A DNA stretch of 64,000 bases, from the sequence record LC597490.1; one strand, written 5' to 3'. How positions within the stretch are numbered: position 1 is the stretch's first letter; each line of letters starts with the position of its first letter. The position numbers and the translations under genes are program-made. A model generated the notes under the pieces. That model searched no databases, was not told the DNA's origin, and worked only from the letters and a program-made list of their open reading frames with translations. Below, piece after piece: positions 56,163 to 64,000 of the stretch.

Positions 56163-57692
56163 TTGACTAATCTAACAGAATTAAGAAGTCGTGTATCACA
56201 TGTAGTATCATCTAGAAGATTATTGTCTGATGGTTTAATTAAGGACCATATGGCGATTCCAACAAACGTAGCTGAAGAAAAGAAAATTGTTCAAGACACA
56301 GTTTTTGAAGCAATTAAAAATACATTTATTGGGTGCCGTATTAATCCCAATAAAAATGCATTCTCTGTTAAACTTGATGGTGCGATTAACGTTAAAGCAC
56401 AAGAGTTATATGATTATATCCAAGAGCATCCACATTGGAAATCATTTTTAGAATCTCAACATTCTAGTAAGTTACGTACAATATTAAACTTACAAAATGT
56501 GTATCAAGAAAGGAGAGAATTAAAATTTAAAAGAGAAGATGATGGACGTCGCTTTATTTATGTCCCGTTTGAACCACATGATATTCCGAGTTATCATGAC
56601 CAAGGTTTATATCATATGCTTCAGTATTTGAAACAAAGTTTCGACAGAGAGAAAGCAGCATCTGTTATCTTTGATGAAGTAATGCAATTGATTGAAACTG
56701 AACGTCAACGTCGTATCGAAGAACGTAATCGTTTAATGCAACGTATCGAAGCGAAGTACAAGGAAGATATCAAAGCAAGCTTGTTGAAACCAATTGGTAC
56801 GATTCGAGGAGATGTTCGTGAGAAACTTATCCAAGAACGTATGGTTAAATGGTGTAATGAGCAAGGTTTAGCGCCAGCGATTCCTCAAGAGCTTACATAC
56901 CAGAACATTATTCCAGTTGGTACGGAAGTATCAGTTGTTGTTAAGTCAGGTTCTCAAGAAGAAGGATGGTTTGCAGTTCCACGTTCTGGAGGATTTGAGA
57001 TTCCTGAAGGCTTTGAACGTTTAATGGTTTATGATAATGTAACTCGTCACGATGCATTACATCAACGTTCACGTAGTGGTTCAGCTCCAATCGTAATCAA
57101 TGAAGATACATTCACTGAGTTCGATATCAATTACTGGAAGCACTTACTACCTGAAGAACATGCTCAGTATAAAGCAGGTTATGAGGCTGTAGTGGCTTCT
57201 GTAACAGCTGCTGAAGTTAAGATAGTACAAGACTTACTTGATGAGCAAAAACGTGAGGAAGAGGCACGTATTGAGCGTCAAAAGCAAGAGCTTGAACAGA
57301 AACGTGAAGAGTTAAGACGTCAACGTGAGCGTGAAGATGAAGAGTTGCGTCGTCTTGAAGCAACGTATGAAAGAGAAAATGAGCAGAAACGTCAAGAAAG
57401 AAAGCGTAGAAGCTTAGACGGTATTACTCGTCAATTACAAGAACAAGCTGAAACTCATACGGTAGAAGATGATGTATTAGATATCGTTGAATCTGATTAC
57501 ACAATCTTATACAATCCGTTTGGTGTAGAAAGTAAGTTCACGTTAGTACATGCAAGTGGTGAAGAAGAAAACTTTGCAAGTGAAGATGATTTAAAAGTAC
57601 GTATCTTTGATGAATTAGATTTAGATGAGCACGAAGCTGTTGTGTATCATAAAATCAATCAAAGCCGTATCTACAAACAATTAACAAAATAA
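56163..57692 (+). CDS. 509-aa protein with a long charged coiled coil, in the Ub-like cluster
   Basis: TTG start after AAGGAGGG; E/R/Q-rich helix in the C-terminal half. Confidence 0.8.
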   Translation: MTNLTELRSRVSHVVSSRRLLSDGLIKDHMAIPTNVAEEKKIVQDTVFEAIKNTFIGCRINPNKNAFSVKLDGAINVKAQELYDYIQEHPHWKSFLESQHSSKLRTILNLQNVYQERRELKFKREDDGRRFIYVPFEPHDIPSYHDQGLYHMLQYLKQSFDREKAASVIFDEVMQLIETERQRRIEERNRLMQRIEAKYKEDIKASLLKPIGTIRGDVREKLIQERMVKWCNEQGLAPAIPQELTYQNIIPVGTEVSVVVKSGSQEEGWFAVPRSGGFEIPEGFERLMVYDNVTRHDALHQRSRSGSAPIVINEDTFTEFDINYWKHLLPEEHAQYKAGYEAVVASVTAAEVKIVQDLLDEQKREEEARIERQKQELEQKREELRRQREREDEELRRLEATYERENEQKRQERKRRSLDGITRQLQEQAETHTVEDDVLDIVESDYTILYNPFGVESKFTLVHASGEEENFASEDDLKVRIFDELDLDEHEAVVYHKINQSRIYKQLTK

Positions 57693-57722
57693 ATTGTAAT
57701 ATAACTAAGGAGGAAATTTATT

Positions 57723-58448
57723 ATGGCAAACCGTCCAGATTCTATTAACATTGAGATTTTACAAGAGGGAGTTACAATCAAGACAACGAAAAATGGTGTA
57801 ACAACTTTAAAGGAAACAAATCTTGAGCAGGTTCAACGTCAATTAACAAGCAATGAGCGTATTGAGACGCCGTTGCTTCCAAGTATTTGGGGTGTACAAA
57901 AGTTTGTTAAACGTGGTAATAAAGAGTTATACGTTATTACGACTCCTCCAGGAATTCGTAAAGTACAGTACACTGGTGATGACCGTGGTGAGTATGAGAT
58001 TCCTGTACCAGCTGCGATTTGGTTTGTAACAGCACAAGAACGTTCTGGTGGCGGACGTCAATTGATTCATACAACAGTTTATGCAATTAAAAATCCTATT
58101 TTAACAGGTATTGAACAATTGTATCGTATGCCATTTAGTAACTGTGATAACTCGTACATTTGCTGGGGAGATGAGAGTCCACAAATTTCATCACCAAAAA
58201 GTGTTCAATCTATCCCAGACCGTTTCTTCTCTATGCCATTTAACAGTGACTTAGGAAGCAATGCGTATCAACCAATTAAAGAAGTAGTGGATGGAAGAGA
58301 AATTAGTCACTTCCGTATCAATCACTTATTCCGTTACTTAGATCGTAAATTGAAAGAGGATAAAGATTTCCGTTTCCCGAACAATCATTTAAATAGTTAC
58401 GAGTCATTTAAGCGTGTACTTGACCACGAACTTCGTCGTTTATCTTAA
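57723..58448 (+). CDS. Prokaryotic E2-like protein (PRTRC protein B / Prok-E2_D-like)
   Basis: LYRMPFSNCDNSYICWG and FFSMPFNSDL match the LY.aPF.Nv....ICwG and FF.s.Fn..l pattern; sits between Ubl and JAB. Confidence 0.78.
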   Translation: MANRPDSINIEILQEGVTIKTTKNGVTTLKETNLEQVQRQLTSNERIETPLLPSIWGVQKFVKRGNKELYVITTPPGIRKVQYTGDDRGEYEIPVPAAIWFVTAQERSGGGRQLIHTTVYAIKNPILTGIEQLYRMPFSNCDNSYICWGDESPQISSPKSVQSIPDRFFSMPFNSDLGSNAYQPIKEVVDGREISHFRINHLFRYLDRKLKEDKDFRFPNNHLNSYESFKRVLDHELRRLS

Positions 58449-58507
58449 TCTGTATTTTGGTAGTTTTAAAATTAAAAAAAACAAACAATTAAAAGGAGAG
58501 ATTTATT

Positions 58508-59890
58508 ATGACAAAGGCAGCAGCAAAAGCAAACGGAATGGCAGCGCTAAGAGCGAAAATGGCAGGACAAACTATGGGATTCCACACTGGTCCTCAAACA
58601 GCTGAGGTTTATGCACAAAAACCAACAAACATCGTTACAGCAGGTAATGGTGTTTTCCGTGTAATCCAAAAGGATATCGGTGCTTTCATTACGAAACTAG
58701 CTGATGGTAAGATTCCAGGTTTACCTGAAATGCAAGAAGGAGTGGAATTAGCGATTCCAAAGATTCCTTACAAGTATTGGTTACAAGTATTATCATTCTA
58801 TAAAGATGTAAATGCAAAAGATGGTACAGAAGCATCTGTTATCTTCTTCTGGAATACGAATAATGTTCAGATTCCAACTCATTATGACCCAACTCCTGCA
58901 CAAGCAGCGAAGGGTGAGTTAGGGCCAGAAGTAAAAGGTTTAACGCAAGATGGTCAATTAATCATTTATTGTCCAGTACAAAAGAACTCTGGTAGTTTAT
59001 CAGACTTTACGAAAGATTCATTTGTAGATTGGTTACGTCTTAATACAGCTCAGTTATTAGAAACACATTCTCATAATACAATGGGTGCGTTCTGGTCAGG
59101 AACAGATGACAGCAATGAGAACTATCCACAGTTCTACGGTGTTATGGGTAAAGTTTCAAGCCCACAACCTGAGTATCGTTTCCGTTATGCTTTAGGTAAA
59201 GAAAAGTTCGATTGTGAGTTATGGGAACTATTCGAAAAACCTCAAGTAAAAATGACTGAAACAGTTATTGTTAACATCCCAGGTGTAGGTGAGTACAAAG
59301 ATGAGCAAGAAGTGAAGAACTTAGACTTCAATGGTCCATGGCCGATGGTTGAATATCCAGATGATTGGATGGGTCAACATAGTAAGAGTGTATACACACC
59401 AACTTACACAACTCCGTACCAACGTAAAACATATGGTGCAGCAGGAACTCAAGTTCACGGAGGAGCAGGTGGTGGTAACTTTCCCAGTCTCCACGGTTCA
59501 GAAGCCTGGGGAGACGGCTGGGGGGATTCAGGCTACTGGCCTGGCGTTTCTGGTCAATCTGGCCTTGGCATGGGTGCGGAAGTAATCGAAGGTGACTTCG
59601 GATACGGAGAAGGTACCAGGCAAGGGCAAGAATCGTTCGAAGAATCGTACAAAAAACTCTTACAAGAACCAGTCGCAGGGCAGGGGACGTGGACGTTCGC
59701 AAAAGCATGGGAAAAGAAAGTAAGTGAAGGTCAGCTTGAAACAGATGGAACAACTGTTGATTATGTAATCATGGAACCAACTGAAGCTGAAGAACGTGAT
59801 GAAATTCATGCATTAATTGGTGAATTAATTAACTTTGGTACGTATGCGACCATCGTTGATATTGCAAGAGATGAACACCTCGTAGAGTAG
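58508..59890 (+). CDS. JAB/MPN+ metallo-isopeptidase (PRTRC protein A-like)
   Basis: ETHSHNTMGAFWSGTDD motif; upstream catalytic Glu in GTEAS; Gly-rich C-terminal extension. Confidence 0.9.
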   Translation: MTKAAAKANGMAALRAKMAGQTMGFHTGPQTAEVYAQKPTNIVTAGNGVFRVIQKDIGAFITKLADGKIPGLPEMQEGVELAIPKIPYKYWLQVLSFYKDVNAKDGTEASVIFFWNTNNVQIPTHYDPTPAQAAKGELGPEVKGLTQDGQLIIYCPVQKNSGSLSDFTKDSFVDWLRLNTAQLLETHSHNTMGAFWSGTDDSNENYPQFYGVMGKVSSPQPEYRFRYALGKEKFDCELWELFEKPQVKMTETVIVNIPGVGEYKDEQEVKNLDFNGPWPMVEYPDDWMGQHSKSVYTPTYTTPYQRKTYGAAGTQVHGGAGGGNFPSLHGSEAWGDGWGDSGYWPGVSGQSGLGMGAEVIEGDFGYGEGTRQGQESFEESYKKLLQEPVAGQGTWTFAKAWEKKVSEGQLETDGTTVDYVIMEPTEAEERDEIHALIGELINFGTYATIVDIARDEHLVE

Positions 59891-59959
59891 GCATTAGCCT
59901 ACTTTACATTTTTTTTATTGCACTACATATCTTATTTATATTAAAAGGAGAGATTTATT

Positions 59960-60817
59960 ATGAAACTTGAAAAAACTTATTCTTTAGATACTATGTACAA
60001 AATTGCTAAACACTTTATCGTAATTGGTGCTGGTGGTAATGGTGGTTACTTTATTCCACAATTAGCTCGTATGGTTTCTGTTCAAAACAAAATTCGTGAA
60101 GTACAACGTTTACCGTTACATCGTATTACAATCATTGAAGCTGATGGCGTAGAAGCAAAGAACTTAACTCGTCAAAACTTTATCTCATCTGATATTGATA
60201 AGAATAAAGGTGAAGTAATGGCAGCTCGTTATGCTCGTGCATTTGGTCTTGAAATTGGATTAGTAGCTCAGTATCTTGATAGTCCAGATATGTTAGCTAA
60301 GATTATGCGTGAAAGCAAATCAAAAGAAACACCAGTTATTTGCGGAATGGTAGATAACAATAAAACTCGTAAGTTAATGCATGATGCATTTAAATCATAT
60401 GATGGTGCATTTTATCTTGATGCAGGTAATGAAGAGTTTGCAGGACAATGTGTTCTAGGTTATAACCATCGTAAAGATCGTTTTGTTTTACCAAGAGAAG
60501 GTGGAGATTCGATTCAAAGCTTTAGCTTACCAAGTGTTTGTGAGATGTTCCCAGAGGTAATGGAAGCGAAAGATAAGTTGCCAACTGAAATGTCTTGTGC
60601 GGAACGTTCTGAATCAGCTCCTCAGAATATTTATACAAACATGACAGCAGCAAATGAAGCATTAGGATTTATTAATCATTTATTAACTAGTAATGCAACT
60701 GGTACAACACCAACTGGATTACGTGTTCATGCAACAATCTTTGATTCTCGTACAATGAATAAAACAACTCGTTTTAATCGTACAAGTGAACTTGAAAAAT
60801 ATGCAGCGGGGAAATAA
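59960..60817 (+). CDS. ThiF/E1-like adenylating enzyme (PRTRC ThiF-like)
   Basis: VIGAGGNGG, EADGVEAKNLTRQNF, VDNNKTR, YLDAGN; candidate catalytic Cys in EMSCAER; no CxxC Zn pairs. Confidence 0.92.
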   Translation: MKLEKTYSLDTMYKIAKHFIVIGAGGNGGYFIPQLARMVSVQNKIREVQRLPLHRITIIEADGVEAKNLTRQNFISSDIDKNKGEVMAARYARAFGLEIGLVAQYLDSPDMLAKIMRESKSKETPVICGMVDNNKTRKLMHDAFKSYDGAFYLDAGNEEFAGQCVLGYNHRKDRFVLPREGGDSIQSFSLPSVCEMFPEVMEAKDKLPTEMSCAERSESAPQNIYTNMTAANEALGFINHLLTSNATGTTPTGLRVHATIFDSRTMNKTTRFNRTSELEKYAAGK

Positions 60818-60845
60818 TCCCTGCTGTTTTTAGGAGGAAATTATT

Positions 60846-61319
60846 ATGAATTATACATTCTTCTGGGGTGGTATATTCTCTCAATGGCATAAATCTAAAT
60901 TTGAAGTTGATGGTATTACATTTAATTGTGCTGAACAATACATGATGTACCAAAAAGCATTATTATTTGGAGATGAAGAAGTTGCTAAGAAAATATTAAC
61001 GAAGTCTAATCCAAGAGATCAAAAGGATTTAGGTAGAAAAGTAAAAGGATTTGTAGAAGAAACCTGGAATAAACATGCGAAAGAAATTGTTTATAAAGGT
61101 AACTATGCAAAGTTCACTCAAAATCCTGAACTATTAAAAGGATTAAAGGCTACAGGTCAAACATTATTAGTAGAAGCAAGTCCTCATGATGACATCTGGG
61201 GTATTGGGTTAGATGAAAAAACAGCTCGTAAAACACCAGAAAAAGATTGGAAAGGAACAAATTGGTTAGGCGAAGTACTAACTAATTTACGATTTAATTT
61301 AATCGAGGAAGGCAAATAG
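60846..61319 (+). CDS. NADAR (YbiA-like) family protein
   Basis: FSQW, FNCAEQYMMYQKA, KFTQNPEL, LVEASPHDDIWGIG, GTNWLG. Confidence 0.92.
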   Translation: MNYTFFWGGIFSQWHKSKFEVDGITFNCAEQYMMYQKALLFGDEEVAKKILTKSNPRDQKDLGRKVKGFVEETWNKHAKEIVYKGNYAKFTQNPELLKGLKATGQTLLVEASPHDDIWGIGLDEKTARKTPEKDWKGTNWLGEVLTNLRFNLIEEGK

Positions 61320-61345
61320 TCTTCCTCTCCTTTTTGGAGGTAGTT

Positions 61346-61780
61346 ATGTATACAACTTTTAGGCAATTAATTAAAGATATGGGTTTTGATAAGACAGCTT
61401 CCGAATTTACCATGATTCTAAGGGATATCGAAAAACTGTTGGATTTTAAGATACCTATCTATATATTAGGTGAAAATCACAATAAACATTGGTATTATTT
61501 AATAGAGCATCCTGATGGATATGAAGGTGCTAATCATGTTGTTATATGTGCTTTAAGAAACATAAAGGTTTATAGAGAAAAAGAAAAAAGCCCGTATTCA
61601 GATTGGGAAGATTTTAAACTTCTCATTGATGAAGATGGTGACTTTACTGGTGATTATACTGATTTTGAATTAATGTTTAAAAATTATTGGTGGATTTCAT
61701 CAGATAAACCATTAACTTTGTTTCATTATGAAAATGAAGCACATGTGAAAAAGTTAAATAAAGAAACCCCATTTGATTGA
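61346..61780 (+). CDS. Hypothetical protein with a variant C-terminal motif
   Basis: Start moved to ATG 61346; ends ENEAHVKKLNKETPFD. Confidence 0.78.
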   Translation: MYTTFRQLIKDMGFDKTASEFTMILRDIEKLLDFKIPIYILGENHNKHWYYLIEHPDGYEGANHVVICALRNIKVYREKEKSPYSDWEDFKLLIDEDGDFTGDYTDFELMFKNYWWISSDKPLTLFHYENEAHVKKLNKETPFD

Positions 61781-61866
61781 GCAATTTGTAATGGAATGTT
61801 GTATTCTAATAATTGGGATACAACCTGCCATTATAAATGGCACTAAAATTGGGGAGGGAATTATAA

Positions 61867-62940
61867 ATGCTAGACTTTTTATTAGGTGCGATATCATTAA
61901 TAGGATTTATCGCATTAGGCGCATTTGCGTATTCAATTTGGAAAGCTGCTCGAAATCATGAAACAACGGTGTACGACACGAAGGACGAACAATCTTATGG
62001 AACCTTTGCGTTCGATAATAAGTTTTGGGTGTTGCCTGTAGTATTTGTTTTAATGGCAACGATCTTCTTCTTTAACTTATGTACGACTCGTGTTCAACCA
62101 GGTTATAACGGTATTACATATTCATTAGTATCAGGTTTAAAGAATGACGTTAAAACTCCAGGTTTAAAAGTACACTATCCATGGGAAACAATTTATGATT
62201 ATCCAACATCAACAGAAACGGTTTACTTAAAGAAACCAAAGAAAGATGATGAAGAGGATGACAAGAGCTTTTCAGTTAATACAAACGATGGTAAAAGCGT
62301 AGACGTAGATGCGGTTTATTCGTATCATATGGAATCTGAAAAACTTCCACATATCTTTGCACGTTTCCGTCGCCAGCCTTCTAATAAAATTGAGGAATCT
62401 TATATCAAACAAGAGATTTCTAACCATGTACAAGCTGCAACAACAAAGTACTCTGTACTAGAAGTTTATTCACACAAACGTTCTGAAATCACAAAAGAGA
62501 TTAAAGACAATCTATCAAAATCACTTGCAAAAGATGGTATTGTATTAGAGAAGTTTACAATCGCAGATGTTCGTCCTGATAAAGATACTAGAGGGAAGCT
62601 ACAGGCTATTGCCGACATGCAAAACGAACAAGAACGTTTAGCTCGTGAAGAACAAGTTAAGCGTCAACAAGCAGCAAATGCTAAGATCGAAGCTGAAGGT
62701 AAGAAGGTAACAGAACTTATCAATGCTGACCGTGATGCAGAAAAGATTCGTATCAACGCTGATGCACAATCAGCAGCCAACGATAAGTTAAAAGCTTCAT
62801 TAAGTCCAGAAGTTATTCAATCAGAATGGATTAAGAAATGGAATGGACAAAAATCTGTTGTTGAGGGTGGCTCTGGTTCTATTATTAATATGCCAGCTGA
62901 CATCATCAAGCAACAATTGGAACAAGGGGCTAAGAAGTAA
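61867..62940 (+). CDS. SPFH/Band-7 (prohibitin-like) membrane protein
   Basis: Two N-terminal TM helices; TRVQPGYNGI..PGLKVHYPW..YP..; TNDGKSVDVD; AE.E-rich coiled coil; WIKKWNG. Confidence 0.9.
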   Translation: MLDFLLGAISLIGFIALGAFAYSIWKAARNHETTVYDTKDEQSYGTFAFDNKFWVLPVVFVLMATIFFFNLCTTRVQPGYNGITYSLVSGLKNDVKTPGLKVHYPWETIYDYPTSTETVYLKKPKKDDEEDDKSFSVNTNDGKSVDVDAVYSYHMESEKLPHIFARFRRQPSNKIEESYIKQEISNHVQAATTKYSVLEVYSHKRSEITKEIKDNLSKSLAKDGIVLEKFTIADVRPDKDTRGKLQAIADMQNEQERLAREEQVKRQQAANAKIEAEGKKVTELINADRDAEKIRINADAQSAANDKLKASLSPEVIQSEWIKKWNGQKSVVEGGSGSIINMPADIIKQQLEQGAKK

Positions 62941-63180
62941 TTATTAACACTGTCGGAGGTGTTAAATCCGCTTCTTAATAATTATCTGCATTTTTAGTAT
63001 TAATGGGGTAACACAGGGGTATTAAACATAAATCAGTGGGAGCTTAACGGCTCCCCTCTTTCAGGGAGGAGTAATCCTCCCCTTTCTGTTTTAGGTAATG
63101 ATTCTTGAATGAGTCCCAAGAGTCAATTAGGGTAAGGAAGAGAGTTCCCCTAGATTCTCTTCCCTGAAGGAGATGATAAT
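62941..63180. other. Non-coding array of hairpins
   Basis: GGGAGC/GCTCCC, GGGAGGA-GTAA-TCCTCCC, GATTCTTG/CAAGAGTC, GGAAGAGA/TCTCTTCC in tandem. Confidence 0.55.
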
Positions 63181-63522
63181 ATGGAAAGAATAGTAGTTTA
63201 TGAACCTTATGCTTGGGCAGGTGGATTAATTGCAATAGGATTAGTAGCAGGAGTGGGATTTATCGTATCGTATTATGCGACTGATAAGAAAAAACCATGG
63301 CTGTTGATACCTGGCTTTCTTGCAATTCCTGTATTTATATTTGGTATATTATCATGTAATTTAGAATCATTACAAAAACCAGTCAATCAATATCTGGTTG
63401 ATAAAAAAGTAATTCCACAAATTGATTTTGGAAGATATCAAGTTATTGGTCAACAAGGTGATACTTTCTTATTAGAAAGAATTGAACACACCCGAACATT
63501 TAGAGTAGACAATAGGAGGTAG
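63181..63522 (+). CDS. Two-TM membrane protein, paralog of the next gene
   Basis: Both end Y.[IV].K..IP.IDF..Y.[IV]..Q.G..F.[IL]E. Confidence 0.8.
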   Translation: MERIVVYEPYAWAGGLIAIGLVAGVGFIVSYYATDKKKPWLLIPGFLAIPVFIFGILSCNLESLQKPVNQYLVDKKVIPQIDFGRYQVIGQQGDTFLLERIEHTRTFRVDNRR

Positions 63523-63527
63523 ATACG

Positions 63528-63860
63528 ATGCAAGAATTAATTAGTTATAGTCCACCATGGTATAGCATATTCATGATTGCATTTGGTATTGGATATGGAG
63601 TTGTTTGTGCTTTTATTGCTATAATGCATCATAACAAAGGAAGAAGTAATCGCATATCTACCATATTAGCTTGCCTATGTGGAATTATGCTTTGTGCAGG
63701 GATAATTTTATTTAACATAACTGATCTTAAAACAAAGAATGTAAAGTATCAGATTCATAAAAATGACATTCCTTCTATTGATTTCGCTGACTATAAGATA
63801 GAAGAACAAACAGGTAATTACTTTATTATAGAAAAGCGTGAAAAAGAAATTTTATATTGA
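63528..63860 (+). CDS. Two-TM membrane protein, paralog of the previous gene
   Basis: Same C-terminal pattern as 63181-63522. Confidence 0.8.
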   Translation: MQELISYSPPWYSIFMIAFGIGYGVVCAFIAIMHHNKGRSNRISTILACLCGIMLCAGIILFNITDLKTKNVKYQIHKNDIPSIDFADYKIEEQTGNYFIIEKREKEILY

Positions 63861-64000
63861 TATTCATTTTGAACAAGGGAGATAATTCCTGTCTCTCTTT
63901 TTGAAAATGAATAAGCCAAACAGTACCCGTAGAGAAAGGAACCCAAAAGTGTAAGCGTCAGCTCTACATAAGGGGAATCGTGGACTTTTGTTTTCTACCC

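Noticed and set aside
59960-60817. ThiF/MoeB as a thiamine or molybdopterin biosynthesis enzyme
   Set aside because: No CxxC zinc pairs, no thi/moa genes nearby, partner Ubl ends in KG, and it is clustered with E2-like and JAB genes.
11764-61366. Short minus-strand and alternate-frame ORFs inside the plus-strand block (for example 16175, 21327, 40470, 54189, 59328)
   Set aside because: Shadow ORFs nested in genes with better SD and codon support.
26919-61780. C-terminal tag as a by-product of overlapping SD sequences
   Set aside because: About ten carriers (for example 29075, 35026, 36374, 45073, 45378) have no SD over those codons, and the Asn and hydrophobic positions lie outside any SD. 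SD overlap may still contribute in the others.
63044-63235. 63-aa ORF across the hairpin array
   Set aside because: No SD, overlaps the real start at 63181 in another frame.

Overview
This window is 64 kb of a large tailed phage of a low-GC Firmicute, most likely Bacillus-like (AT-rich, dense genes, AAGGAGG ribosome-binding sites). Bases 1-11.3 kb are on the minus strand and hold the packaging/head module: a partial portal, a metallophosphoesterase, a terminase large subunit with an intein in its Walker A motif, Gly/Ala-rich proteins and a candidate small terminase. After these come a cluster of predicted small RNAs and a secreted NHL-repeat protein. From 11.4 kb to the end, about 100 plus-strand early/accessory genes follow. 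Three things stand out. (1) An apparently complete ubiquitin-like conjugation operon of the PRTRC type, with a five-unit head-to-tail polyubiquitin-like precursor plus E2-like, JAB peptidase and ThiF/E1-like genes (54.8-60.8 kb). (2) A C-terminal motif, N-x6-[LMF]-[KR]-x-[DE], on 18 small proteins from at least four unrelated families, including two orphan ubiquitin-like domains. (3) A predicted ~78-nt RNA whose 5' end is complementary to an RBS and start codon 9 kb away. All product calls come from motifs read by eye; no database search was run. No tRNA, rRNA, CRISPR array or integrase was seen.
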